From Candidatus Marinacidobacterales bacterium (GTDB taxonomy: Bacteria > Acidobacteriota > Vicinamibacteria > Marinacidobacterales > DATDRI01): a stretch of 64,000 nt of DNA. The notes under the pieces are model-generated. The model did not search any database, had not been told where the DNA came from, and saw only the letters and a program-made list of their open reading frames with translations. The position numbers were made by a program, and so were the translations under genes. Numbering within the stretch: the stretch's first letter is position 1; every line of letters begins with the position of its first letter. This document shows positions 10,793 to 20,906 of this stretch, in pieces. Location: assembly GCA_965219415.1 (NCBI GenBank), contig CBDCNP010000001.1, forward strand, positions 96,001-160,000. Reading direction: 5' to 3'.

Positions 10793-11788
10793 TTCTGTGA
10801 TGTGGCGGGCGGTTTGGGCGGGGGTCAACTCGAGGCTGCCCTCGTGAGCTTTCAAGGCATGATGGGGCATCTCGCCTACGAGGCAAGTCTCTCTTTTCTG
10901 CACGATGACGGATGCGCCCTCGCGTGCCAGGAGCTTGACGCCTTCGACGCCGTCTCTTCCTTCTCCGGACAGGACGATGGCGCACGAGGTCTCGGGTCGC
11001 GCCGCTGCGGCGGAACGAAAGAGTGCGGCGATCGAGGGTCGGTGCCCACCCACCATCCGGCCTCGTTGGGGCGCGACGGAATCGGGGCCATCGACCACTA
11101 GGTGAGCGTCTTCCGGCGCGAGGTAGATGGTTCGTGGCGCCAGCTTCTGTCCCTGCTCACAAACCTCCACGCGGAATCCTGTTTCCCCCGACAACCAGCG
11201 CACGTATCCTTTGAGGAATCCGGGCGCCAGGTGCTGGACCACACAGATCGATCCGGCGAACGACTCGAGTAGGCGGCGAAGAATCTCGGTCGTGGCCTGA
11301 ATGCCTCCCACCGCGCCACCGAAGAGAATCAAGGATGGCGTGGCTCGAGCCGACTGGGTTGCGGCGAGTGGCGTCGGGCGGGCGGGCACTCCCATGGCGA
11401 GGCACGATCGAGCGGCGAGCTCGATGCGCTTCACCAAGCCCCGGGTCACGTCGCCCTCGCACTCGGGTGACGCCCGCTTCACTAGATCCACGGCTCCCTC
11501 GTCCAGGGCGACGAAAGCCAAATCCTCTTCGTCCGAGCTCGGCTGCGTGGTAATCAAAATCCGAGACGGAGCGTGCTCCATGATCTGACGGGTGGCTAGA
11601 GCCGCACGCAATACCGGAAGGCCCGCGTCCATCAAGATGACATCCGGCTTCAAACGATGGGCGAGCACGATCGCCTCTTCTCCGTTACGGGCCACTCCCA
11701 CCGACTCGGCGACGCCCGATTGCTTGAGGGCGAGAGATAGGAAGTTGGCTTGGAAAGGAGAACCCTCTGCTATCAGCACTCGTATCAT
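10781..11788 (-). CDS. cheB: CheB-like REC plus methylesterase protein with a degenerate active site
   Basis: N-terminal REC domain (LMD); VVQHL, GHRPSI and LSGEGRDG motifs; canonical GASTGG reads GGAVGG. Confidence 0.8.
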   Translation of the reverse strand: MIRVLIAEGSPFQANFLSLALKQSGVAESVGVARNGEEAIVLAHRLKPDVILMDAGLPVLRAALATRQIMEHAPSRILITTQPSSDEEDLAFVALDEGAVDLVKRASPECEGDVTRGLVKRIELAARSCLAMGVPARPTPLAATQSARATPSLILFGGAVGGIQATTEILRRLLESFAGSICVVQHLAPGFLKGYVRWLSGETGFRVEVCEQGQKLAPRTIYLAPEDAHLVVDGPDSVAPQRGRMVGGHRPSIAALFRSAAAARPETSCAIVLSGEGRDGVEGVKLLAREGASVIVQKRETCLVGEMPHHALKAHEGSLELTPAQTARHITEPGV

Positions 11789-11876
11789 ATCGGCACAACA
11801 CGAAATCCCCATGGGGGGGTGGGGTGCCGATAGTAGGCAAGGTCGGCCCCCCGAGTCAAGGACGTCTCAAGGGCCT

Positions 11877-12200
11877 TTATTCGGATTCTTCTTCTGGCTT
11901 GGATAGGCCAAGGTGTGTCCAAACGTCGGTGCCCACCCTAGACTCGAAAACCGCTGCTTGAGACTTGATTCCCCCGATGTTTTCGTCGAGGCCGATCCGT
12001 TCCACGCGGTGCATGGGGAAGAACACCGTCGATAGACCCATCGTTCCTTCGCCCTTCGCCACTTCACGGATCCAATCTTCGAAGGAATTCAGATCGATCC
12101 CCCTGACGTTCACGCCGGCGCCATCGATGGAGAGCATGATGCCCCAATATTTCTCGCGGGGGTTCTGGAGGTTGACGACGATCGGAGCGTGCTTCTTCAC
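11877..12200 (-). CDS. Hypothetical protein coupled to the aminotransferase
   Basis: GTG start overlaps the TGA of the upstream gene (GTGA). Confidence 0.7.
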   Translation of the reverse strand: MKKHAPIVVNLQNPREKYWGIMLSIDGAGVNVRGIDLNSFEDWIREVAKGEGTMGLSTVFFPMHRVERIGLDENIGGIKSQAAVFESRVGTDVWTHLGLSKPEEESE

Positions 12201-13405
12201 GACCGGTTTCCCTCCTGGCGTTTCTTGAAAAACCGATGCATGCGCTGGATTCCCTCTTCGATCTGCTCGCGTGAAGTAGAAAACGAGACCCGGAAGTGCC
12301 CTTCGCAATCAAAAGCCAAGCCGGGCACGACGGCGACGTGTTCCTCTTTTAAGAGAAGCGCTGCGAGGTCGGTTGCGCTCTTGACCTCCCCACCCAAGAA
12401 GACCTTGAACGAAGGAAAGAGATAGAAACTACCCTTCGGCTCGACACAAGTGACTCCCGGGATCTCGAGGAGTCCGGAGCGCAGACGGTCTCGCCGCCAT
12501 CGGTATTCGTCCAACATCGTCTGCAGCGCGGATTGATCGCCTTGGAGAGCTTCGAGTGCCGCTCGTTGCGAGATCGACGAAGCGTTCGAGGTCATGTGGC
12601 TCTGGAGCTTGGCGCACCCGGAGATAACGTGTTGGGGACCCATCGCCCAGCCCAGCCGCCAACCGGTCATCGCATACGACTTCGAAGCCGTGCCGGCGAT
12701 GACAAAGCGGTCCCCTACTTTCTCGCGCAGCGTCTGCAGTGCCTCCGAAGGCATGGGCTCGTAGCTGAGCTTCCCGTAGGTATCGTCCCAAAGAATGTAG
12801 AAGCCACGTTCGGCGGCGAGCTCGCCCAAGGCCAGGAAGTCTTCCGCTTCCAGAACCGCCCCCGCGGGGTTCGAGGGAGAGTTCAAGAGAATAACCTTGG
12901 TTTGTGGAGTGACGGCCGCACCGACCAGCTCCGCAGAGATCCGAAAGTCTTCCGATTCTCTCGTCTCTACGAACACCGGCTTGCCCTCGACCAACCGAAC
13001 TTGCTCGGAGAACGTCTTCCAATGAGGATTGGGAATGACCACTTCGTCTCCCGGGTCGAGGAGCGTCATCATCAAGCCGAAGAGCGCGTGCTTCCCGCCG
13101 TGGGTGACGATGACTTCCGAAGGCTCGAACTCGAGGCCATAGTCGCTCCGGTAGCGTTCGCAAATCGCCTTCCGAAGCTCCGGGATGCCGGGGTTGACGG
13201 TGTAGCGGGTGAAATTCTCGCGTATGGCTTTTTGGCCGGCTTCTTTGATGGGCTCCGGAGTGGTGAAATCGGGCTCGCCGGCTCCGAAGTCAACGACCTT
13301 CACGCCTTCGGCACGAAGCCGGGTTGCCTCCGCCATGACCGCCATCGTCGGCGAGGGCGAGAGGTGAGAGAGGCGACGAGCCAGGCTCGGCCCGGTGAGT
13401 TTCAT
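12197..13405 (-). CDS. PLP-dependent class I/II (aspartate-type) aminotransferase
   Basis: GEPDF, NSPSNPAG, SKSYAMTGWRLG (PLP Lys). Confidence 0.95.
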   Translation of the reverse strand: MKLTGPSLARRLSHLSPSPTMAVMAEATRLRAEGVKVVDFGAGEPDFTTPEPIKEAGQKAIRENFTRYTVNPGIPELRKAICERYRSDYGLEFEPSEVIVTHGGKHALFGLMMTLLDPGDEVVIPNPHWKTFSEQVRLVEGKPVFVETRESEDFRISAELVGAAVTPQTKVILLNSPSNPAGAVLEAEDFLALGELAAERGFYILWDDTYGKLSYEPMPSEALQTLREKVGDRFVIAGTASKSYAMTGWRLGWAMGPQHVISGCAKLQSHMTSNASSISQRAALEALQGDQSALQTMLDEYRWRRDRLRSGLLEIPGVTCVEPKGSFYLFPSFKVFLGGEVKSATDLAALLLKEEHVAVVPGLAFDCEGHFRVSFSTSREQIEEGIQRMHRFFKKRQEGNRS

Positions 13406-13412
13406 GGCCGTC

Positions 13413-13901
13413 TTACCGCTGAGCCAGCCTGTCGATCAGGAGGCGTTCGACTCCAGCCGGCACCAGACCGGTGACCGATCCACCCAACCCTGCCACTTCC
13501 TTCACCAAGCGTGAGCTCACGTAGGAGTACTCCTCGGCAGGCATCATGAACACAGTCTCGATCGAAGGGGCGAGTCGACGATTCATCAGCGCCATCTGAA
13601 ACTCGTACTCGAAGTCGGAAATGGCCCGGATGCCTCGAACGATGGCGGTCGCGTTCTTGTTCTTCGCGTAGTCCACCAGCAAACCGCTGAACGCATCCGC
13701 TTCGACGTTGTCCCGATCGGCGAAGGTTTCTTCGATCATATCGATCCGCTCCGCGACCGAGAAAACCGGATCTTTTTCCGCGTTCTCCAAGACCGCCACC
13801 ACGATCTTATCGAAGAGCCCGCTCCCGCGGGCGATGATGTCCACGTGCCCCATCGTAAGTGGATCGAAAGAGCCCGGGTATATCGCGGTTCGAATCGCCA
13901 T
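13413..13901 (-). CDS. coaD: Pantetheine-phosphate adenylyltransferase
   Basis: YPGSFDPLTMGH, RGIRAISDFEYE. Confidence 0.97.
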   Translation of the reverse strand: MAIRTAIYPGSFDPLTMGHVDIIARGSGLFDKIVVAVLENAEKDPVFSVAERIDMIEETFADRDNVEADAFSGLLVDYAKNKNATAIVRGIRAISDFEYEFQMALMNRRLAPSIETVFMMPAEEYSYVSSRLVKEVAGLGGSVTGLVPAGVERLLIDRLAQR

Positions 13902-13955
13902 GTGGGGAAACCCGGCGCAGTCTAACATGGCCCCGCGGCCCGGACAAACCAGCGT

Positions 13956-14519
13956 TCAAGGCGCGGGTTCAAAGAACGTCAGGCAGCTTTCGCCGGCCCT
14001 TACCTCACGGACCCTGGCGAGGCCCTCATAGGAATCGGCTAGCGGCGTCTTATGATGATGCTCCAGGATGACGAGCCCCCCTGGTTTCGCAAGAGACGCG
14101 GCGCCGATCTTCTGTAGGAGCTCGGCGTGGACGTCGGCCCGGTACGGAGGATCGAGAAGCACCAGGTCGAAAACCTCGTGACCGCCGGCGAGGAACTTGA
14201 TCGCCGACTCGGCGTCCCGTTGCAGGAGCTCCGCCTGTTCTGTGAGCTGGAGCCTCTCGAGATTCTTCCGAATGGCGTTTGCCGCGGCGCGATTTCGCTC
14301 GACGAACGTGACGTGAGACGCCCCTCGAGATAGAGCTTCCAGGCCAAGCGCTCCCGCTCCCGCGAAGAGATCCAAGACACGCGCATCGGGAAGCTTGGGC
14401 GCCAAGATATCGAAGAGCGATTTCTTGAGCCTCCCGCCGGTGGGTCTCGTCTTCCTGCCCGAGGGAGCCGCGATGTGCATTCCGCGAAACTTGCCGCCCC
14501 CGATCTTCATGACCTTCAT
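13956..14519 (-). CDS. rsmD: 16S rRNA m2G966 methyltransferase
   Basis: TRPT, LDLFAGAGALGLEALSRGA, DPPY; recG-rsmD-coaD synteny. Confidence 0.95.
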   Translation of the reverse strand: MKVMKIGGGKFRGMHIAAPSGRKTRPTGGRLKKSLFDILAPKLPDARVLDLFAGAGALGLEALSRGASHVTFVERNRAAANAIRKNLERLQLTEQAELLQRDAESAIKFLAGGHEVFDLVLLDPPYRADVHAELLQKIGAASLAKPGGLVILEHHHKTPLADSYEGLARVREVRAGESCLTFFEPAP

Positions 14520-14529
14520 GACCTCTATG

Positions 14530-16626
14530 TCAGCCGGCGGTAGCCAACCCAAACTTTTCGCCCCAGGCCGCTACCACATAGTTCACGATCCGATCGGTTT
14601 CCTCGGTGCGCGGAGAGGATAGAAGCTCTTCGGCTTCCTGACGCGCCACCTCGAGAAGCTCTCGATCCCGAACCACGTCGGCGACTCGAAACAAGGGAGC
14701 GCCCCATTGGCGAGTCCCGAAATAATCCCCTGGCCCGCGAATATCCAGGTCGCGCTCGGCGATCACAAAACCGTCGTTGGTCTCCGCCATCGCCTGGAGG
14801 CGGCGCTCGCCTTCCGGAGTCAGGGGCGGGTGGTAGACGAGTACGGCGGCGGATGGAGCCGTGCCTCGGCCAACGCGACCCCGGAGTTGATGGAGTTGGG
14901 AGAGACCAAAGCGTTCCGCCTGCTCCACGACAACGAGTGTCGCATTGGGCACGTCGACCCCGACCTCCACGACCGTCGTCGCCACGAGGATGTCGACTTC
15001 GCCCGCGGCGAAGGCGGACATGGCTTGCGCCCGCTCGGCGGAACCCAGTTTTCCATGAGCCAAAGCCACCCGGCGATGGGAAAAGGGGCCTTTCTGCAGG
15101 AAGCCGTGGGTCTCGACGGCCGCCTCGAGGTCCATCTTCTCGGACTCTTCCACCATCGGACAGATGAAGTAGACCTGATGGCCGGCGGCCACCTCTTCTT
15201 CCATGAGGCGGTGGACCTCCCCCAGCTGCCCCTTCTTCATCAATAGTGTGCGCACCGTAGGTCGACCGGGGGGCAGCTCGTTCAAGACCGAGTGGTCGAG
15301 GTCCCCATAAAGCGCCATGGCCAAGGAACGCGGTATGGGAGTCGCGGTCATGACCAGCAGGTCGGGCGCGTAGCCCTTGGCACGTAGCTCCGCCCGTTGC
15401 AGCACGCCGAAGCGATGCTGCTCGTCGACGATGGCCAGTCCCAGCTCCTTGAACCCGACACTTTGCTGAATCAACGCGTGCGTGCCCACGACCAGGTTCA
15501 CCGCGCCGCTAGCGATGTCGCCCAGGAGCTCTTCGCGATCCGCTCGACCGAGAGCGGAAGTCAGGAGCGCAACGCGGTATCCACTTCGCGCCAGAACCCG
15601 CTGGATATTAGAGAAGTGTTGCTCCGCCAAGACTTCGGTAGGAACCATCAGAGCTACTTGAGCGCCATTCTCGATCACGATGATCGAGGCGATGACAGCT
15701 ACTATCGTCTTCCCCGAGCCTACGTCGCCCTGGAGCAGACGCTGCATGGATCGTTCTGATGAAAGCTCGTCGGCAAGGGTCTTCGACACCTTCTTTTGCG
15801 CTTCAGTTAGGCGAAATGGCAGGCTTAGCCGCACCTTTTCCCGGATACGGTCGTCCACTGGAAAGGGGCGCGGCTTGGAGAGGCCGGATGCGGCTCGCCG
15901 GCGGAGCCCCAGACCCAAGGAAAACAAGAAGAGCTCTTCGAAGATGAGCCGCTTCTGTGCCGGAGCACGGAACTCATTGTAAAGCTCGAGCGGAACACCT
16001 TCCTCGGGAAAGTGCGCGAGCGTCACCGCTTCCCGCCGCGGCGGAAGTTTATGACGTTCACATATCGAGTCGGGCAAGAGTCCGGGCACCTCGGGAGGCA
16101 GGCTCTCGACCAGCGAATGGCAGATCCGACGAAGCATTCTCGGGCTGAGCGGCCCGACTCGTTCGTAGACCGGCACGATGCGGCCGGTGTGGGTCGGTTC
16201 GAAATCGCCTTCCTCGACGAGCTCGTATTGAGGACTCTTGAGCTCGAGGCCGCCGCCACGGCGAGAGAGCTCCACTTTGCCGTAAAGGAGAACCTGCCGG
16301 CCCGGTTCAAGAATGTCTTTGAGGTACTCCTGATTGAACCAGATCGCTCGAATTGGACCGGTGTCGTCCTCGACCATGGCCTCCAACACCTTGAAACGAG
16401 GACGGCGGGTCCGCTTTACGTGGACACCGACCACCGTCGCTAGCACCGTGGCGTCTTCTCCCGGTCGCAGTTCGCCGATCGGCCGGACACGGCTGCGGTC
16501 CTCGTAACGGAAGGGCAAATAGAGCAGGAGATCGGAGACCGTTGTGATCCCGATCGCCGCCAGTGCCTCGGCTTTGCGAGGGCCGACCCCTTTTACGAAC
16601 TGAACCTTGGAGGAAAGCTCAAGCAT
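14530..16626 (-). CDS. recG: ATP-dependent DNA helicase RecG
   Basis: LQGDVGSGKT, DEQHRFG, TATPIPR, QLRGRVGRG. Confidence 0.98.
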   Translation of the reverse strand: MLELSSKVQFVKGVGPRKAEALAAIGITTVSDLLLYLPFRYEDRSRVRPIGELRPGEDATVLATVVGVHVKRTRRPRFKVLEAMVEDDTGPIRAIWFNQEYLKDILEPGRQVLLYGKVELSRRGGGLELKSPQYELVEEGDFEPTHTGRIVPVYERVGPLSPRMLRRICHSLVESLPPEVPGLLPDSICERHKLPPRREAVTLAHFPEEGVPLELYNEFRAPAQKRLIFEELFLFSLGLGLRRRAASGLSKPRPFPVDDRIREKVRLSLPFRLTEAQKKVSKTLADELSSERSMQRLLQGDVGSGKTIVAVIASIIVIENGAQVALMVPTEVLAEQHFSNIQRVLARSGYRVALLTSALGRADREELLGDIASGAVNLVVGTHALIQQSVGFKELGLAIVDEQHRFGVLQRAELRAKGYAPDLLVMTATPIPRSLAMALYGDLDHSVLNELPPGRPTVRTLLMKKGQLGEVHRLMEEEVAAGHQVYFICPMVEESEKMDLEAAVETHGFLQKGPFSHRRVALAHGKLGSAERAQAMSAFAAGEVDILVATTVVEVGVDVPNATLVVVEQAERFGLSQLHQLRGRVGRGTAPSAAVLVYHPPLTPEGERRLQAMAETNDGFVIAERDLDIRGPGDYFGTRQWGAPLFRVADVVRDRELLEVARQEAEELLSSPRTEETDRIVNYVVAAWGEKFGLATAG

Positions 16627-16683
16627 TCTTCGAGCTCCCCATTCGGGGAGCGATGTGGTCTTGGTGGGCGGGTCGGTTCGACT

Positions 16684-17376
16684 TCAATGAGCCGACGAAC
16701 CAAATTGTGTCGCCTCGTCTACCCGCATCGGCCCTTGTCTCAGGATGAGCTTCCCCTTTCGAACCCTGGCACTGACTATTCCGTACGGCAACGGAAAGGG
16801 GTCGTCGATGCGGACACCCTCGGGCAACGCTGGATTCTTGGAGTTGGCGGCGACGAGCCTCTTGACCAACGACCTGGGGACGGGAATGCCGGCTAGCGTC
16901 ATGCGCTCCAACTCCACCTGCCCGACGCCATTCTCGGCGAACACTTGCATCAGCACCCCGACCTGGATCGGCCCCTCGAGATAGCGCGCCAAGTAGGAGT
17001 CTTTCAAGTACGCACCCAGGAGGCTTCCGTCTAGCAGGGCTCCCCCGTGGATCTGATCGACGTCGAAACGAACCCAGGGATTGGTCACCTCCGGGGGTAG
17101 TAGCTCAGCTACTCGATAGACCAGGTAGGCGTTCGCTTCTTCTTCGCTGACGTTGAAACGCTTCGGGGTCTCCGCGCCATCGGCGTGCCGGGTGCGCATT
17201 TGCTCGAGCTTCCGGTTGAGCGATTCGACGGAGGAGGGATCCGGGTTTTTGGCGTCCTTGGTCGCGTCTTCCGTGGATTGCCGAGGCGTGGATTGCCGAG
17301 GCAGAATCGAGGCTCCCGCCAGACCCATGGCCGCGACCATCACGAGTGGGACGAGTGGTGCCCCCCGAATCCTCAT
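16684..17376 (-). CDS. Hypothetical exported protein
   Basis: N-terminal hydrophobic segment; in-frame 15-bp tandem repeat (PRQST x2). Confidence 0.65.
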   Translation of the reverse strand: MRIRGAPLVPLVMVAAMGLAGASILPRQSTPRQSTEDATKDAKNPDPSSVESLNRKLEQMRTRHADGAETPKRFNVSEEEANAYLVYRVAELLPPEVTNPWVRFDVDQIHGGALLDGSLLGAYLKDSYLARYLEGPIQVGVLMQVFAENGVGQVELERMTLAGIPVPRSLVKRLVAANSKNPALPEGVRIDDPFPLPYGIVSARVRKGKLILRQGPMRVDEATQFGSSAH

Positions 17377-17472
17377 GGGCCATACTACTCAAGGCTTTCC
17401 AGGATGAGCAAACCGCTGGCGGGGTAATTGAGGTTGGCTTCCTTCCTTTAATCCCTCTCCTCTAGGTGAGGA

Positions 17473-19150
17473 CTAGGGATGGGTCGCCTTCAGCCTTTCG
17501 AGAAACTCCTGAGTGTCCTGGTCCTCTTGATCCAGCGACGCCGCTTTCTCCGCGTGGATGAGAGCCATATCGTGCTGGCCCTTGGCTTCGTAGACCTCGG
17601 CGAGCCGGAGATGGGTCGAAGCATCCTCGCGGTTCCACAGTACGACATGGAGCTCGGAAGCGGCCTTGTCGAACTCACCGCCCTCTCGGTACAACCTCGG
17701 CAAGCTCTAACCGGACCTCTGCCGAGTGAGGGGCGAGGTAGACGGCCCGCGCCAGCTCACGGGCGGCCCCGGGGAGGTCGCCCGACTCTCGAAGCGACCT
17801 TGCTTCCTCCAGTATTTTTTCGGGATCGTCATCCTGAGGTTCTTCTGGCTCGGCGGCGGCCACCGGGGCATTTTTGATGGGCCCACTAGCATCGATAGGC
17901 GCAGTGGGCGGCGACGCCGGAAAACGGTAGCTCGCAAGTGCGTGGGTAACCGCTCGACGACGCGCTCCACGCTTCCGACCGACTCCTCATCGATTTCGGC
18001 GAGCTCGGGAGACAAAGAAAGCGCCACACCGCGTTGCCTCGCGGCCTCCTCCGGGTCGTCCGCGTCCGCGGCTATTCCGGGTCGTCCGCGTCCGCGGCTA
18101 TTGATGATAGAAGGAGAAAAGCCTCTGCGTCCTCGGGCTCGATCTGCGTCGCCGTCGTCAGCCAATGACGCGCCTCGTGCTTGCGGTCGAACCGCCACGC
18201 GCGCCAGCCCATATTAAAAGGATAGGGATCCGTGTATGGCTCGAGCTCCGCCGCTTCACGAAAGGCGTCCACGGCCTCTTCGAGCTCTCCCCTTCGGAAA
18301 TAGGCGACTGCCAGGTTGTTCAGAAAACAAGCCACTTTCTCCTGCTCGGCCAAGCGGCTAAAGATGTCGACCGCCAGCCGCGTTCGATCCGCCTCCAAGT
18401 AAGCAACCCCCATCGTGAAGATAGGCCTCACGATAGGTGGGGTCTTCAGGGGGGTATCGTTGAGAGCACCTCGACGGCTCGCTCGACGTCATTTTGTTCG
18501 AGTAGGACCTGGCCCAAGAGAAGCGCCGCATCGGCGAAGTCGGGAGAGATGGCGAGTGCGCTCTCCAAGAGCTCCCGGCGCTTCGTCGGAGAGTCGACTG
18601 TTTTCGCGCGGATATAATCCTCGTACGCTTCGACCGAAAGCCCCTTCCTTCGTTCGACCGCCAACCCGTGCGCCTCGGGGACCCGTCCTCCGTCCAACCG
18701 CAGAAGATTCTTCGCGAGCTGATTCTCAACCTCGAGCAAATCCCTGAGTTCCCCGTAGTCTTCGATCACACCCAGCTTGTCGCCCGTCGCGACCTCGATG
18801 ACTTGCGCCGTGACATCGAGTCGTCCGTCTTTGTCCCGGAAAGTTCCCCGGACCACGCGGTCGGCGCCTACCTCTTCGCCCATCTCCATCAATACCGCCA
18901 ACGTCAGTGGCGCGCCGTTTTCTATTCCTTTTTGACGAAGGAATTCCTGCCAATCCTTGGGGCTGACGACGTCGTGACCAGCTAAACCCAGATGAGACGA
19001 CAAAGATTCGGCGATCGCGTCACCCACCCAGCCGTGGGTTCCTTCGGAAGAGAGGTTGTCGAAGGGCACTACCATCGTGCGGATGGGTGCAGCCAGGAGA
19101 AGCGTAAGCGTTAAGGGAAGAGCGAGCGAGATGGACCTCCTCGTAACGTC
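17473..19150 (-). pseudogene. Secreted TolB-N/CsgG-like plus TPR protein, multiply frameshifted
   Basis: VVPFDNLS...W.G.AIAESL followed by TPR pieces in several frames; 26-bp tandem duplication at 18051-18102. Confidence 0.8.
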
Positions 19151-19250
19151 AATCTAGTCTCTGTCTTCGAGTCCCTTCATTATACATGTTGGTCCCTGCG
19201 GGGCGAACGGAGTGGCGGGTAGCCAGAATACGGATGGGGATTTATAATTA

Positions 19251-19703
19251 ATGAACGCGCTCATGTCCGAAGATCAATCCCTTGAGAAGCCTATTGGTGT
19301 CTACTTAGCCACGTTTTATTTCGTGGTCTCTGGCTTTCTGGAGTCCATCCAGAAGTACAGAGAATGGGACACGCCGCTCATCTTGAATCCCCTCTCCGAG
19401 CACTCCGTCTGGCATCTCGCAACGCACGTCGCCATCTACCTAGTGGTGGCGTACCTGATCTGGCAGCTGACCTGGCTAGGGAGACTCGCGGGGTTGGTCT
19501 ACGGGTATCTGACCCTAGCCACCTATGCCGGTGCATTGATTCTGTACCTCAAGGGAACCCAGATGGTCTCAACCCCCCTCTTCCTAATCCTCGGCATCTA
19601 CCACGTAGTGGCCCTGGTTCCCCTGGTCGCCTTTTTGCAGCCGAAAAGCCAGAAAAAGCTTTTCCACGTAGGACTTCTGGAGATTCTCCTCCCCCCGGAT
19701 TGA
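19251..19703 (+). CDS. Hypothetical membrane protein (about 4 TM)
   Basis: Four hydrophobic segments. Confidence 0.65.
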   Translation: MNALMSEDQSLEKPIGVYLATFYFVVSGFLESIQKYREWDTPLILNPLSEHSVWHLATHVAIYLVVAYLIWQLTWLGRLAGLVYGYLTLATYAGALILYLKGTQMVSTPLFLILGIYHVVALVPLVAFLQPKSQKKLFHVGLLEILLPPD

Positions 19704-19868
19704 GCCAGGTCACCCCTCGAGAGGAGGGCGAATGCCCGGTTGGAGCCCAGGGGCGATTTCTGCTACCATTGCCCTTTCTACGCCGGCTCGCCATTATTGG
19801 CGTTGCTTCGTTAAGGGTCCCCAGCCCCCCCAAGGAACTTGCCGGCCTCTTGTACTTTGGAAGCGCGC

Positions 19869-20537
19869 ATGGAGAAGTTGCAGGATCGCGGGGATTTCTG
19901 GCAGAACCTCATCAGGCTCATCGAGCAAAGTAATTCATCAGATACCTGGAATTCTTGCTTTCAACGACTACTAGAGCACGACAAAGAGCCCTACTCTTCT
20001 ATCATCCGGCTGCTCACTCATCTCGAGTTCGAGGAGCAAGAGGCCCGTGGCCACTGGCACGGGATCGAGGCTCACCAGAAAGAGCTCGCCCGACAGCTAG
20101 CCCGGGACGTGGGCCTTCAGGTCACCGCACTCGACTACTTCTACAACCTTCACGACGAGCTCCATAATCCGAAGCTCATCGAGATCGGTTCGTACCTCGC
20201 TACCGAAAAGAATGCGGTCACCGACGGCCTCACTGGCCTCTACAACCGCCAGTTCTTCGACTCCAGCATGAGGCGCGAGATCAAGCGTGCCGACCGGTAC
20301 GGTCTGACCTTTTCGCTGGTCTTGCTGGACCTCGATAACTTCAAGCAGGTTAACGACCGTCACGGACACCGAGTCGGTGACGAAGCACTTTCCGCCTGCT
20401 CCGAGATCATTCAGGACAGCCTGCGTGAGATCGATGTCCCTTGCCGCTATGGCGGCGAAGAGTTCGCTCTCATCCTCCCCGAAACAGATCGGACCGGGGC
20501 TCAAAAGACCCCACTACCGGGAGCGCCGTTGGCTTGA
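19869..20537 (+). pseudogene. Diguanylate cyclase (GGEEF), C-terminally truncated
   Basis: TDGLTGLYNR, DLDNFKQVND, RYGGEEF; ends about 25 aa after the motif, its stop overlapping the tRNA promoter. Confidence 0.8.
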
Positions 20538-20562
20538 CACGGCCCAGGGAGATGGCTACACT
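20534..20562 (+). promoter_or_regulatory. Sigma70 promoter of tRNA-fMet
   Basis: TTGACA-17 bp-TACACT, 16 bp upstream of the tRNA. Confidence 0.85.
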
Positions 20563-20578
20563 ACATTCCTTCTGTTGA

Positions 20579-20655
<77 letters not shown>

Positions 20656-20684
20656 ACTTTCTTTCCGATCCCACCTATTCGAAC

Positions 20685-20728
20685 TTCCCGAGAAAAAATC
20701 TTGCCCGGGCAAGTTTTTCGCGCGGGAG
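20685..20728. repeat. Islet left-end hairpin, copy 1
   Basis: CTTGCCCGGGCAAG palindrome in A/T tracts; homolog at 25243-25278. Confidence 0.7.
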
Positions 20729-20906
20729 TCCTCGTCGAACGGCCACGCCAACTCCTCGTAACCGGAGTCCTCACGCGTCATTGGTTGCCGCAAGTGATCG
20801 TCAAACTCGGTCTGGACCGGCGTCTGATTTGTCCTGAGGTTGGCACCCACGCTCAATGACGCCAGAAGTACAGCATGGGAGAGCAGCGTTTCTGTGGACT
20901 CGTGTA

